Source: an uncultured euryarchaeote
Lineage (GTDB): Archaea > Thermoplasmatota > Poseidoniia > Poseidoniales > Poseidoniaceae
Assembly (NCBI GenBank): GCA_937899865.1
Contig: CALBRH010000054.1
Location: forward strand, 1-64,000
Reading direction: 5' to 3'
DNA: 64,000 nt
Shown: piece by piece, positions 48,105-59,700 of the stretch
How the letters are laid out: each line of letters opens with the position of its first letter
Position numbering within the stretch: the first letter of the stretch is position 1
Position numbers and translations under genes: made by a program
The notes under the pieces: model-generated
The model's database searches: none
What the model was told of the DNA's origin: nothing
What the model saw: the letters and a program-made list of their open reading frames with translations, nothing else

Positions 48105-51100
48105 CTAACCCATAAATCCAGGGAAATACTGCTGTGTATATGCTACAGCGTGTTCATGTGGATAGCCTTGGTTGACTAGATTTTGGTAATACTCTCTCGC
48201 TGGATCTGCTTGAGCTACTGGTTGCTGAGGATAACTTTGGTTTTGTGCAACAGCAGCATAATTATGTTGTTGTACTGGTTGTTGTTGAACCATTGGATAG
48301 TTTTGCTGACCCATTTGATTCATCTGCATTGTATTGTATTGCTTATTGGAGTTTCGACCTCGCAAGAAAAATAGAGAACCAATTATTATCAAAATTAGAA
48401 CTCCGCCACCAGCAATTGCAATTGTCCCAAATGACGAACCATCTGCACTTGGAGGTGGACCCCATCTTGTTGGATCATCTGGATAACCATCTGCACCATC
48501 AGAGTAACCCCAATTATCATCTTTGTTTGAATGTCCATCACCATCACTATCATAGCAACCAAATCGGTCAACTGTTGAATTTCCAATAACACTTGAACAG
48601 GCATCAGCACCCATCGAAATGTTCCAATTTGCGGTTGGATCAGAATATCCATCAGAATCAAAATCAGAGCATCCCAATCTATCAATTGTTGAATCACCTG
48701 CAACATCTATACAATCATCTGATATTGGAGTTCCAGGATTATCTCCATATCCATCGCCATCGGAATCCGCCCATTGTGAAGAATCATTGGGAAATACATC
48801 TCCACCACTATATTTAGTCCAAAATTCATCAATATTTGAATAACCATCTCCATCAGAGTCAATGCAACCATTTCGATCTTGATTTGAATTACCTGCAATA
48901 TTTGGACAATAATCGCCATTGAATCCGTCCAAATTATCCCCAAAACCATCGCCATCAGAATCTAACCATTGGCTAGCTTCTTGAACAAAACCATCCATAT
49001 TATCATACCAGCCATCACCATCAAAGTCTGGACAACCGTAAACACCTTGCTGATTTGATGAACCTGCTTGGAATGGACATGCATCCTGCTCATTGAGATT
49101 AATTGACTCAACATATTCTCCTGGCCAATTTTCCGGCCTATCTAACCATGTCGAATTCCCCCAATTATCACCTAATCCATCGCCATCAAAATCTGACCAC
49201 TGAAGGGGATTTTGTGGGAATGCATCAGCACCATTTCCTGAATCCCAAAAATTATCGGGATCGGAATATCCATCCTCATCATAGTCATAACATCCTTGTC
49301 TATCAAATATCGAATCTCCTGATGTGTCAATACAATCATCTGCATTAACGCCTTCTTGATTATCACCAAAACCATCTCCATCCGAATCTAACCATTGTGA
49401 TGGTTCGAAATCGAATGCGTCATCGACATTTGCCCAGCCATCACCATCATTATCTAAACATCCAATTTTCCCATTAGCAGATGAATTACCGAATTGTAAA
49501 GGGCATGTATCGGTATCATCAGACCAAGTATCTCCATCTGAATCAGCACATCCTTGTTCACCTTGAGTTGAAGTCCCGTAATAGGTTGGACAGTCATCAA
49601 ATGAATCATCAAATGCATCGCCATCATCATTCAAGTCTTCATCACTATCTCGGCAACCATCACCATCCATATCTGTAATAGAATCTGAAATCCATGTTGG
49701 TCTTGGTGGATTATAGGATGTTCTTGGACAATTGTCATTCACATCAAGGATACCATCATTATCATCATCATTATCTTCCGGATGATTATCCTTACATCCA
49801 TCATTATCCCAATCAGTTGAATTAGATGGATTATTGAAATCTCTTGTACTAGTCCATCCAGTTTGACTATTTCGAGGGCAATTGTCTGGAAAGTTGTCTG
49901 TGATTCCATCGTTGTCATCATCAGAATCACATGCATCCCCTTCAGAATCTAAATCAGTATTCTCTTGACCAGGATTTGGAGTATTTGGACAGTTATCATC
50001 TTCATCAGCAACACCGTCACTATCAGCATCTAATACAGCAATAGTTGTTGTTAGCCAAATATAAGGTACCAAAACTGATGTGCTTTGACTTGGAGCGTTT
50101 GAACTTCCAAAATCAATAGTGCTATTGTAATTACCTGCTACCAATAATGCCCCATTAGGCATCAATGCAATGTCAGAAAGTTGATCATTTGTTGAACTAC
50201 CAGCATCAAATAATGCAACTTCATTACCATTTGAATTAAATGTTACAACTACCGAATCATTGAATCCCCGAGTAGAAAATGATTGACTACCGAATGACAG
50301 AGAGCTTTGAGATGAAAGCCCAAGTATAGTGTACCCTGTTGCTTCATCATATTGAACAGCAGAACCAGTATCATAACTTGAACCTCCTACTGATTTGGCC
50401 CATTGCCAAGCACCATTAGAACTCATACTTGCAACAAATGCATCATCTTCTCCTGCACTATTCAATTGGGTGCCAATTGTAACACTACCCGAAAATGAAC
50501 CAGACATGTACAAATTGTTTTGACTATCTACATCAATACCGGTAACCAATGAATTACCACTTCCAGATGTTGCATATGCTGATTGCCAGATGCCCGATGA
50601 ACTAATTTTGGCTAGGCCAATTGGAACTTCGTTTATCCCTGCATTAGCAGTTACACTACCAAATGTCATACTGACCTCAAAAGTAGTGGAAATCCAAACA
50701 TTGTTACTATTATCTGCAACCATACTATTGACTACCTGAAAACCTTGACCTCTAGCATCATCAATCCATTCACTGAAACCTGAATTGGAATATTTGGCAA
50801 CAAATATTTCTGCATCATTCAAATCTAATTGATTACCATTTATTCCATCACCACTATTACCTGCATCTGTATTGCCAAGGAAAAAGCCACCTATAGTTAC
50901 TGCATTATTTGAATCTGTAGTGATTGAAGTACTTTGAATCCAATCAATAGAAGTAACTAATGTCCCATCATAATCACCATTACCCCGTAAAGCCTCAGCC
51001 CAGACCCATTGGCCATTAGATGAGAGTTTTGCTACCCATGTGTCAAAATACCCAGTAGATGTTAAGGAAATACTGCCAAATGAAATTGACTCATAGAATC

Positions 51101-51557
51101 TACCTGTTGCAAAAATATCGCCATTAGGTGCGACTGAAATATCAGCAATATCTACCTCGGCAAAACTTGAAGTCCCGGTAACCGTAACTTTTTGTATCCA
51201 TTGCCAATTTCCATTAGCATCGCCTTTTGCTATCCATGGTTCTATATTTTGACTTGAAGTAATACTCTGTGATCCCAAAGACATTGTTGTTGAACCACTC
51301 ATTATTCCAGCAACTATAACTTCATTGTTATTTGAACTTTCAACTGAGGTTAATACAACAGGGTTTGCAGCACTAACCGAAGAAGACCAATCATTGGAGT
51401 TTTTTGATACAAAATAATCGATTGATGAATTACTATCATCGAGTATTGAAGATTCTTCTAAGTCTCTATTGTCCATTACTGAGTGAAAACTCATTGTTAA
51501 AAGAGTAAAAATCGTAAGAATAATTGCCACTGAATTAATCAATTTCGTAGTACTCAT
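48105..51557 (-). CDS. Surface protein: beta-propeller-like N-terminus, thrombospondin type-3 Ca-binding repeats, TM anchor, Gln-rich tail
   Basis: Repeated WIAK/WVAK..G.WQW units; many DxDxDG..D..DxCP units; C-terminal TM and QQPVQQH tail. Confidence 0.82.
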   Translation of the reverse strand: MSTTKLINSVAIILTIFTLLTMSFHSVMDNRDLEESSILDDSNSSIDYFVSKNSNDWSSSVSAANPVVLTSVESSNNNEVIVAGIMSGSTTMSLGSQSITSSQNIEPWIAKGDANGNWQWIQKVTVTGTSSFAEVDIADISVAPNGDIFATGRFYESISFGSISLTSTGYFDTWVAKLSSNGQWVWAEALRGNGDYDGTLVTSIDWIQSTSITTDSNNAVTIGGFFLGNTDAGNSGDGINGNQLDLNDAEIFVAKYSNSGFSEWIDDARGQGFQVVNSMVADNSNNVWISTTFEVSMTFGSVTANAGINEVPIGLAKISSSGIWQSAYATSGSGNSLVTGIDVDSQNNLYMSGSFSGSVTIGTQLNSAGEDDAFVASMSSNGAWQWAKSVGGSSYDTGSAVQYDEATGYTILGLSSQSSLSFGSQSFSTRGFNDSVVVTFNSNGNEVALFDAGSSTNDQLSDIALMPNGALLVAGNYNSTIDFGSSNAPSQSTSVLVPYIWLTTTIAVLDADSDGVADEDDNCPNTPNPGQENTDLDSEGDACDSDDDNDGITDNFPDNCPRNSQTGWTSTRDFNNPSNSTDWDNDGCKDNHPEDNDDDNDGILDVNDNCPRTSYNPPRPTWISDSITDMDGDGCRDSDEDLNDDGDAFDDSFDDCPTYYGTSTQGEQGCADSDGDTWSDDTDTCPLQFGNSSANGKIGCLDNDGDGWANVDDAFDFEPSQWLDSDGDGFGDNQEGVNADDCIDTSGDSIFDRQGCYDYDEDGYSDPDNFWDSGNGADAFPQNPLQWSDFDGDGLGDNWGNSTWLDRPENWPGEYVESINLNEQDACPFQAGSSNQQGVYGCPDFDGDGWYDNMDGFVQEASQWLDSDGDGFGDNLDGFNGDYCPNIAGNSNQDRNGCIDSDGDGYSNIDEFWTKYSGGDVFPNDSSQWADSDGDGYGDNPGTPISDDCIDVAGDSTIDRLGCSDFDSDGYSDPTANWNISMGADACSSVIGNSTVDRFGCYDSDGDGHSNKDDNWGYSDGADGYPDDPTRWGPPPSADGSSFGTIAIAGGGVLILIIIGSLFFLRGRNSNKQYNTMQMNQMGQQNYPMVQQQPVQQHNYAAVAQNQSYPQQPVAQADPAREYYQNLVNQGYPHEHAVAYTQQYFPGFMG
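48500..50040 (-). repeat. Protein-level thrombospondin type-3 repeat array
   Basis: About 20 degenerate D-x-D-x-D-G units, e.g. DADSDGVADEDDNCP, DSDGDGFGDN; boundaries approximate. Confidence 0.8.
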
Positions 51558-51584
51558 GACTCAGACCGTGTAGATGTAGTCATA

Positions 51585-51604
51585 GGAAGGAAATGAAACC
51601 TTCC
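51585..51604 (-). terminator. Hairpin downstream of rpl30e (candidate end of the RNAP operon)
   Basis: GGAAGG-N8-CCTTCC, 16 nt past the rpl30e stop. Confidence 0.35.
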
Positions 51605-51620
51605 CACGATTGATAGTTTA

Positions 51621-51920
51621 TCACTCAATGTTTGAGTCGAGTGATAAAATTTCGCTATCTCCGCCTTCTATAACGGTAATAGTTGATACTGCAAATGGCT
51701 TTCCACATGCAATACCAAGTTCACGATTGACCAATATTGCTCTGTGTTTAATTACACTAGGATGGTTTCCGTGCAAATTATCAATATATTCCTGAGGGCA
51801 ATTCGCTGCAAGGATGACTAGTTTCGCCTCCCCTGAAGCACATGCATCCAGTGCTTGTCTTTGTCCAAATAACAGTTTTCCTGTTGATATTGCTGTCTTT
51901 AATTGTCTACTCAAATCCAT
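51621..51920 (-). CDS. rpl30e: 50S ribosomal protein eL30
   Basis: AISTGKLLFG, AKLVILAANCP, ELGIACGKPF; GGAGG RBS. Confidence 0.95.
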   Translation of the reverse strand: MDLSRQLKTAISTGKLLFGQRQALDACASGEAKLVILAANCPQEYIDNLHGNHPSVIKHRAILVNRELGIACGKPFAVSTITVIEGGDSEILSLDSNIE

Positions 51921-51965
51921 ATTTTTTTCCTCCATACTCCACATTGTTTCTCATGGTTGGAATAA

Positions 51966-53537
51966 TCACTCCTCTGGGATGTAGTACAATTCTACACTAC
52001 CTGTTCCAAGGGAAATTGGTTGACCTACAATGATGTTTTCTGCAACACCAGTAAGTTGGTCTCTCTCACCGATAATACCTGCTTTTAGCAAGTGGTTAAC
52101 TGTAACTTCGAATGCAGCTCGTGCAAGGATACTGTGCTTTGTACCTGAAACACCGTGTCGCCCTATCGCTCTTACTTCACCTTCTGAAGTCATTACATCG
52201 GCAACTAATAACAAGTGTCTAACATCGACTTCAAGTCTCGCTCCATCTAGAGTTGCTTGTAATTCGTTAATGATTGCTTGTCTAGCAGCTTCAATACCTA
52301 GATATTCGTAAATCTCAATAATGTTGTTAGTATATGTTCTACTTCGATCAATTGTTTCAATTTCACTTACTCTAGAAAGATTTGAACCGATTGTGGATAA
52401 ATAATATTCACCAGTTTTGTCATCAAGTTGTACATTAGCTCTCTCGACATTAGGAATACCCTTTAATCTCAAATCTCTAATCTTCTCTTCAAGTTGTAAA
52501 AGCATAGTGTATGATGGCGGGTTTTCAGCAAGTTCTGCCAAATCTTCCTCTGCATGGACACCTGGAATCAAAGTTAACTTGGAAGGATTCTTTTCCTTGT
52601 CAGCCTGTACATATAATCTAGTTGCTTTTTCCAACTTGTCCTTAACTTCTGCAGGAGTCATATTTTTCTGCTTCAAATTAGTCTTGTTTAATTTTAGAAC
52701 AAGTCGTCTTTGTGCAACATCGGTCTCAAGGCTAGCAATGTTTACAGTTGTAGTAACTTCGATTGCTGCAGCCAACTTTTGAGCTTCCTCTGCAGATTCT
52801 TTCTTATCCGGATGTAGTCTAATTGTCATAGTTGGAGTTTGTGGGACTTTTCTAGCGTCAACAATTTCAATAATCCTTGGTAGACCTTGTGTTACGTTAA
52901 CAGTTGCAACACCCGCATAGTGGAAAGTACGCATAGTCATCTGGGTTCCTGGCTCACCAATTGATTGAGCAGTAATGATTCCTGCTGCTTCATAAGGGTC
53001 GATACTTGCTCTCTTTAGAGCAAAAATTGCCTCTTGAACGACTTTCTTTGCTTGTGGCTTAGTTAATTTCTTTTTATCTCTTGCATGAATTGCCATTGTC
53101 AAATCATGTAAAATACGATTAGTAAATCTCCTTGAACCTGATTCTTCAACCGCAGCAACAATACTCTTGTAAACAGGATCATTAGATAATTCATCCTCAA
53201 GTCCAGTCAATTTTGCATCTACATTGTAAACATCGATGTCTGCTGTAGTTTTTACTCTTGAGCGTGCTCTTGACTTTTTACCAGTTCTACTTAGTCTAAC
53301 TGAGGTAACTGGGCCAATTGCTTCATTATTTGCGAGTTTGTTTTTCTGATTTGCTCCATCAATAATACCTTTGATTTGAGTAGCAGTCTCTGAATCGGTT
53401 TCACAAATTTGAGCAATGTTTTCAGTAGGAAGAATCTTAACATCGTCCCACTTTCTATCATCTGCTAAGATATGAGCAAAGTTTTCTGCGATTCCTAAAT
53501 CCATTAGCTTCTTCTTAGTTGCACTCTTAACTACCAT
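51966..53537 (-). CDS. rpoA2: RNA polymerase subunit A'' (Rpo1C) with N-terminal extension
   Basis: [49 protein letters not shown]. Confidence 0.97.
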   Translation of the reverse strand: MVVKSATKKKLMDLGIAENFAHILADDRKWDDVKILPTENIAQICETDSETATQIKGIIDGANQKNKLANNEAIGPVTSVRLSRTGKKSRARSRVKTTADIDVYNVDAKLTGLEDELSNDPVYKSIVAAVEESGSRRFTNRILHDLTMAIHARDKKKLTKPQAKKVVQEAIFALKRASIDPYEAAGIITAQSIGEPGTQMTMRTFHYAGVATVNVTQGLPRIIEIVDARKVPQTPTMTIRLHPDKKESAEEAQKLAAAIEVTTTVNIASLETDVAQRRLVLKLNKTNLKQKNMTPAEVKDKLEKATRLYVQADKEKNPSKLTLIPGVHAEEDLAELAENPPSYTMLLQLEEKIRDLRLKGIPNVERANVQLDDKTGEYYLSTIGSNLSRVSEIETIDRSRTYTNNIIEIYEYLGIEAARQAIINELQATLDGARLEVDVRHLLLVADVMTSEGEVRAIGRHGVSGTKHSILARAAFEVTVNHLLKAGIIGERDQLTGVAENIIVGQPISLGTGSVELYYIPEE

Positions 53538-56500
53538 CAGATTTCACCTCCTTGTTCATCAGAACCTTCAAATTCCCAGCCACCCATGTCGTCTTCACTT
53601 TCTTGTCTTTCTCGAGAATCACGTTTGACAACTGTAGCACCTTCAGTACCCAATGCTTCATCAACAATTACATCGATATTGAATGGAGATCCGTGTACAC
53701 CTCTGGAAGGGTCGATTCCGTCTTCACCATAACTAAATTGAATAATTCTGTTTGCAGTGTTCCTAACTGAAAGCATTTCATCATCGTATACTTTCAAGTC
53801 ATCCATAGCGTTAATTAGTCTTCTTTGCATATAACCGGACTTAGCAGTACGAACCGCTGTATCTACCAAAGACTCTCTTCCTGAGACTGATAGCATAAAG
53901 AACTCTGTTGGCTCAAGTCCACGCTTGAATGAGTTAGAGATGAAACCTCTATCTAGAGCGCCACGACCTCCTCGCTTGAAGTGAGCTAATACTCTATCAT
54001 GGTAACCTCTTTCCAATCTCTTACCACGAACCTTTGCTTGGCCTATGGAACCAGCCATCATAGTTAGGTTATCCATCGAACCTCTAGCACCAGAAATCGC
54101 CATGTTAACTGCTGCGTTGGTCGAACCAGACTGATTTAGTTCATCTTTAGCAATGTCACCAGCCTTTTGCTTACCTTCATCAAGCATTACCATGATGTTT
54201 TCTTCCAAAGTCTCACGTGGAGTTCTACCTGGACGGGTCTCGTATCCTTTACCATCCTTGCCAAAGGCTTCCAATTCATCCTCAACTAATTTTCTTGCAT
54301 CAGCATTTGCTTTCTCAATTGCAGCTAATGATTCAGGAGATAGGTCCTCATCATCTATACCAGTGGTAAATCCTAATGCAGTACATGCTGCAATAGAGAG
54401 TTGAGTGAAATCATCAAGGAACTTAGCGCCCTTTTCAGGACCATTGGTTTGTACAATTGCGTCAAGTAACCTTCCGTCTTCAGCACCAATTGCTCTCTTG
54501 TCTAAAGTTCCATCAACACTACCGTCCTTGACAACAACATCATCATTTGATCTACTTCTAAATCGAAGATGGATATTATCTGGAATAATTAGAGAAATAA
54601 TATCTTGGCCTCTGAAACTATCTTTGCCATTCTCATCTTTGACAATCTCAGGCAATAAACCAGTCCAACCAATATTTCCAAGCATCTCAAGTCCATGTTC
54701 TACTGAAATCAATGTTCCAGGCCTAGATAGTAGGTAAGCACCAGAAATGTGGTCATGAATACCACCAATTACCGCACCACCATATCTTGGAGTCAAAATA
54801 TGTTCTTGCACTCGCATTAGAATCTTAGCTTCTGCTCTTGCTTCTTCTGACTGAATAACGTGAAGATTCATTTCATCGCCGTCAAAGTCAGCGTTATATG
54901 GAGTACATACTGCTAAATTGAATCTAAAAGTATGTCCTTGCATAACTCTTACTTCGTGAACCATCATGGACATTCTGTGTAATGATGGTTGTCTATTGAA
55001 GATAGCAACATCACCATCAATTAAGTGCCTCTCAACTAGCATACCAGGCTTAGGATTACCATCTCGGTCGAAAGTTGACAGTCTGTCCTCAACAGAGGTT
55101 CTTTCGCCCCATTCATCAGCAGGACTGCCACAGTGAGGACAAGTAATCTCCAAATGTTCTGGAATTGGATCTGAAGTAACTTTGTCAAGTTGCTCTAACT
55201 CCCACATCCATTTGTAATGCAGAATTGCTCTTGGGTCATCCTTTTCTAATGCATTTCCATTGATATCTTCTCCTCTAAGGTTAGCAACAGTTGAAGCAAC
55301 ATCAGCAACATAATTAGTTTCCTCAATACTTGGATCAGCAATAGATCTGCTAATCTCCTTTTTGATTACCAATCCGGGTAAGAAGTTTGGAGCAGGCATT
55401 ACTTTATTCAAGTCTGGTCTTAATGTGGTCTCATCTGTACATTCTGGATTATGACATCTAAAACCAGCATTGATAAATCTGCTTCTTGCATTAATTCGAA
55501 CTCTTCTCTTGTCACCACGAATAATGTAGTTTACACCTGGGTGCACATCAGGACCTCTAAGAATCATCTGTCGCATTTGCTCTCGATTCCTCATAGTTAC
55601 TCGGATTGGAACTGTTAGTTCTCTAGCAATCTTTTCAGGGACCCCAACTTCATTGACACCAAGATATGGGTCAGGTGAAATTACTGATCTGGCACAGAAG
55701 TTTACACGCTTTCCTGATAGATTACTTCTAAATCTTCCTTCCTTACCTTTCAATCTTTGAGTAAGTGTCTTCAAAGTTCTACCTGAACGGTGTCTTGCTG
55801 GTGGAATACCTGAAGTTTGATTATCAAAGTAAGTTGTTACGTGGTATTGTAGCAATTCCCACAAGTCTTCAACAATAAGTTGAGGTGCACCAGAATCTCT
55901 GTTTTCTCTAAGCCTTTGATTGATACGAAGGACGTCAACTAACTTGTGAGTCAAATCGTCTTCTGAGCGATCACCGCTGTCTAGGGTAATAGATGGTCTA
56001 ACAGTAATTGGTGGAACTGGTAAAACCTTCAAAACAGTCCATTCAGGTCTGTTTTGTGTATGCATACCAATAAAGATTAGATGTTCTAATGGAATACTGC
56101 TCAACCATTCTCTAACATCCCTAGGGTTAAGTTTTCTCTCCGTTTCCTTACCAGCACCTTGAGTCTCTAACTTTTCCTTGAATGTAGTTGGTTTGTCAAG
56201 TGTAATCTTACCTTGAGCCGCTCCACAGTGCATACAGACTTTTCTCTTAGCACCTGAAGTTACCTTCTCAATTTCTTTAATGATTTTTGAGAATTCTGTT
56301 GAACCTACACCGTGTTTCAAAATAATATCACGTACTCTTGTACGATAGTAATCTTGTTCACTTAATTCAGGATTTGAAGGGTGAGTATTTTTCTCATCGT
56401 GCAACAAAATCTTGCTGCAAGAATTACAAGTTGCCTTTAGTGCGGTCTTGATAAGCCCAACAAAACCAATGTGAATTACTGGAAGTTCAAGTTGAATATG

Positions 56501-56737
56501 ACCAAAATGCCCTGGGCTTTCATCATACTTGCAATTGTCAGTAGGACAAACAAGTCCTGGCTCAATTACACCCATATGAGGGTCCATCAAACCTTGTCTA
56601 TATGCATGACCATCATCCTTGTAAGTATCAGCAGTCTTAACTTCTACAGCTGACATCTTTCTAATTTCATTAGGGTCCATAAGACCAAATCTAATACTAG
56701 CGATTCGCTTTGGTATAAGGGTTGTAACTCTGCTCAT
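53537..56737 (-). CDS. rpoA1: RNA polymerase subunit A' (Rpo1N) with insertion
   Basis: [30 protein letters not shown] catalytic motif, [12 protein letters not shown]. Confidence 0.98.
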   Translation of the reverse strand: MSRVTTLIPKRIASIRFGLMDPNEIRKMSAVEVKTADTYKDDGHAYRQGLMDPHMGVIEPGLVCPTDNCKYDESPGHFGHIQLELPVIHIGFVGLIKTALKATCNSCSKILLHDEKNTHPSNPELSEQDYYRTRVRDIILKHGVGSTEFSKIIKEIEKVTSGAKRKVCMHCGAAQGKITLDKPTTFKEKLETQGAGKETERKLNPRDVREWLSSIPLEHLIFIGMHTQNRPEWTVLKVLPVPPITVRPSITLDSGDRSEDDLTHKLVDVLRINQRLRENRDSGAPQLIVEDLWELLQYHVTTYFDNQTSGIPPARHRSGRTLKTLTQRLKGKEGRFRSNLSGKRVNFCARSVISPDPYLGVNEVGVPEKIARELTVPIRVTMRNREQMRQMILRGPDVHPGVNYIIRGDKRRVRINARSRFINAGFRCHNPECTDETTLRPDLNKVMPAPNFLPGLVIKKEISRSIADPSIEETNYVADVASTVANLRGEDINGNALEKDDPRAILHYKWMWELEQLDKVTSDPIPEHLEITCPHCGSPADEWGERTSVEDRLSTFDRDGNPKPGMLVERHLIDGDVAIFNRQPSLHRMSMMVHEVRVMQGHTFRFNLAVCTPYNADFDGDEMNLHVIQSEEARAEAKILMRVQEHILTPRYGGAVIGGIHDHISGAYLLSRPGTLISVEHGLEMLGNIGWTGLLPEIVKDENGKDSFRGQDIISLIIPDNIHLRFRSRSNDDVVVKDGSVDGTLDKRAIGAEDGRLLDAIVQTNGPEKGAKFLDDFTQLSIAACTALGFTTGIDDEDLSPESLAAIEKANADARKLVEDELEAFGKDGKGYETRPGRTPRETLEENIMVMLDEGKQKAGDIAKDELNQSGSTNAAVNMAISGARGSMDNLTMMAGSIGQAKVRGKRLERGYHDRVLAHFKRGGRGALDRGFISNSFKRGLEPTEFFMLSVSGRESLVDTAVRTAKSGYMQRRLINAMDDLKVYDDEMLSVRNTANRIIQFSYGEDGIDPSRGVHGSPFNIDVIVDEALGTEGATVVKRDSRERQESEDDMGGWEFEGSDEQGGEI

Positions 56738-59700
56738 CTTCGATCCTCCAGTTCTAATCTCATGGCCACACCTAAACTCTTCATCTCATCTAACAACAAC
56801 TTGAATGCATAAGATGTTTGCACCTTGTAAACTTCAGCGCCATCTCCATGAATCGGACTTACATATGTTCGACGCTTTGGATCATACCAAGCAAGATGCC
56901 CAGATTGGGCACAGACATACATGTCGATACCATCGGATTCATCCAGCAATCTGTCTTTAATGACCATTGATGCACCGTGAGCAATCAAACAGTCACGTTC
57001 CATCTCACCAAACCTCAGTCCACCTTGTCGGGCACGACCTTCGGTTGGTTGACGTGTCAAAATTTGAACACGTCCTCTTGAACGGGCATGTATCTTTGAA
57101 CTTACCAAGTGATGTAATCTTTGGTAGTAAATACATCCAATGAAAATCTCTGCTGGATATGCTTGTCCAGTTTCACCATTAATCATAGTTTCACGTCCAG
57201 AGTGAGCGAATCCATTTCGAATTAGACCATCTCTTAGACTTCCTTCCTTCTCTCCTCTAAATGCAGTACCGTCGATTCTTCTACCTTCGAGTGAACCTAC
57301 TTTACCACCAATCATTTCCAAAACGTGAGCAACTGTCATTCGTGATGGAATAGCGTGTGGATTGATGATTAAATCTGGTACAACCCCTTCAGCAGTAAAT
57401 GGCATATCCTCAGGGTCTACTAATCTTCCAATTACACCCTTTTGTCCGTGTCGTGAAGCAAACTTATCGCCAACTTCTGGGACCTTATGACTTCTAACCA
57501 TGACTCTAACCATGCGCCCAGAGTCTAGAGATTCAGTGACATATACATTGTCGACCCATCCTTTCTCTCCGTGTCTTACAAGCATTGAGGATTCTCTTCT
57601 TTCTTGAGCCATCAAGAACGCTCCACCAGATGATTCTTCCAAGAATCTAGGTGGACTTGTCTTACCAACTAGAACATCTCCACCTTCAAGTTCTTTCTCA
57701 GGCAGAGGTAATCCATCTGCTTCAAGATGGAGATATGACTCATCGGGCTTCAATCCCTTTACTTCTTGTAGGGAAGAACCTGGCTTCTCGATTTCTTCAA
57801 CTTGACCACCTGGGAATCTTCGACGTTCTGCATTGTAAGTCCTCATGAAAGTAGAACGACCAAGTCCAAGATCTATTGAACCTCGATTCATGATTACTGC
57901 GTCTTGCATATTGTATCCATGTAGAGACATAATTGCAACTATGAAATTTTGACCTCCAGGTCTTTCATCAAAGTTTGTGGTTTCCATTGCTCTTGTACGA
58001 GTAATGGATCTTTGAGGATAGTGTAGAATATGAGCTCTTGTGTCTGGTCTTAGACGATAGTTGGATGATGGTAGACCAAGAGATTGCTTAACCATTGCAG
58101 TTCCACCAGTAACACGAGGTGTTGAGTTGTGTTCTGGGTAAGGAATTAGCGAAGCACAGACACCAAGTACTAATTGCGGATCAATTTCACAGTGAGTATG
58201 CTCTGTAGTATATTCCAAAGGTACTGAAATACTTGCAACTTCCCAATCATTGTTTGGCATTCTAATTTTAGCCTTCAGTTTAGCAGTTGTTGCGCCTGGC
58301 TCTCCCAAGTTAGTCCATTCTACACTTTCATTACTAATTGGTCTACCAGCATACTTTCCTTTAGGAATTGTAGCAGGTAAAACGAAAGGTTTTGGAGCGA
58401 TGTAAAGGTCTTCTTCTTCTTCAGCATCCACCCACTCAACAATCCCTTCATTTACTAGATCCTTAAAGGTCATCTCCCCAGATGACAGTTTTTGCAAATG
58501 TTCTGATTCAAGTCTAGGTGCACCATCGTATAGAATCAATAATGGACGTAGAATTCGACCTTTATCGGTATTGATGAAAATATCACGATTTTCACTATCG
58601 TATCGGATAGAAACTTCGGAAGGAATTGCTCCACGTCGTCGAGCAGATTTGAAGTGCCTAACTAGATTTGTTCCACGCTTATGGATACCATAAATATCAC
58701 CATTAACGTGGATTCTGTCACCATCGCTCCAATCCTCCGGCTGATATACATCTAGTTCATCTAATTGGTTTCTAACATCTTGCTCACTGATGTATTCTGA
58801 AACATCAATCATTTGAGCAGCATTCTTTACTAGACCACAGTTTTGTCCTTCAGGTGTTTCGTTAGGGCATAGTCTCCCCCAATGAGTAGGGTGAAGGTCA
58901 CGTGCCTCGAAGTGAGGTTGGCTTCTAACAAGAGGAGAAGTTACTCTTCTCATATGAGACAGCGCTGCTAAATATGTGGTTCTATCTAATAACTGGCTTA
59001 CGCCAGAACGACCACCAACCCAATTTCCAGTTGCTAATGCATGCATAATCTTGGAGGTTAGAACATCAGGCCTCAGACAGGAAGTTATTCTCAACTCTCT
59101 CTTTCTATTGTGATGTCTCTCAAGTTGGTACTTTAGATCTCTAGCTAGTTGGTTTGATGAGACTCTAAACAAATCTTCAATCAAATCACCAGCAAGCCTA
59201 ACTCTCTTGTTTGCGTAGTGGTCTTTGTCATTTGGCTGCTTGGAATGCATTGCCATTTCTAGAACTTGCCTAACAATTCTACCAAGGAAAACTGCCTTCT
59301 TCTTTCGATCAGTTCCTTGATCGCCAAGGTGAGGTAATAATTCTCTGTCCAGCAATTGATCGACTCTTGCCTCACGGTAATCTTTTTGTTGACCAGCAGC
59401 AAATTTCTTTTGCAACCATTCGTGGGCTTCAAGCATATTTTGAACTGCATATTCTTCATTGTCATTTACTTCGTTGATGTTTGCAACGATATACTTGAAA
59501 GTCTCTGTTGGACCTGCAATAGCAGTAAAGATTTCTTGGTCATTATCAATGCCAAGAGCACGCATTAGAAGAACTACTGGAATTGGAGTTGTTCCTGCAG
59601 TACTAATCTTAACCATCAACATTCCATCTCTTCTCTTCTCAACAGTTAGAGGTTTTCTCATACCGTCTTTTTGTGAGAAAATCTTTGCAACCTCTGTTTG

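Noticed and set aside
48500-50040. CRISPR-like or DNA tandem repeat
   Set aside because: The repeats are degenerate and codon-phased (TSP3 protein repeats); no cas genes.
55050-55500. Intein in RpoA'
   Set aside because: No Cys/Ser N-terminal block, no His-Asn C-terminus and no LAGLIDADG motifs.
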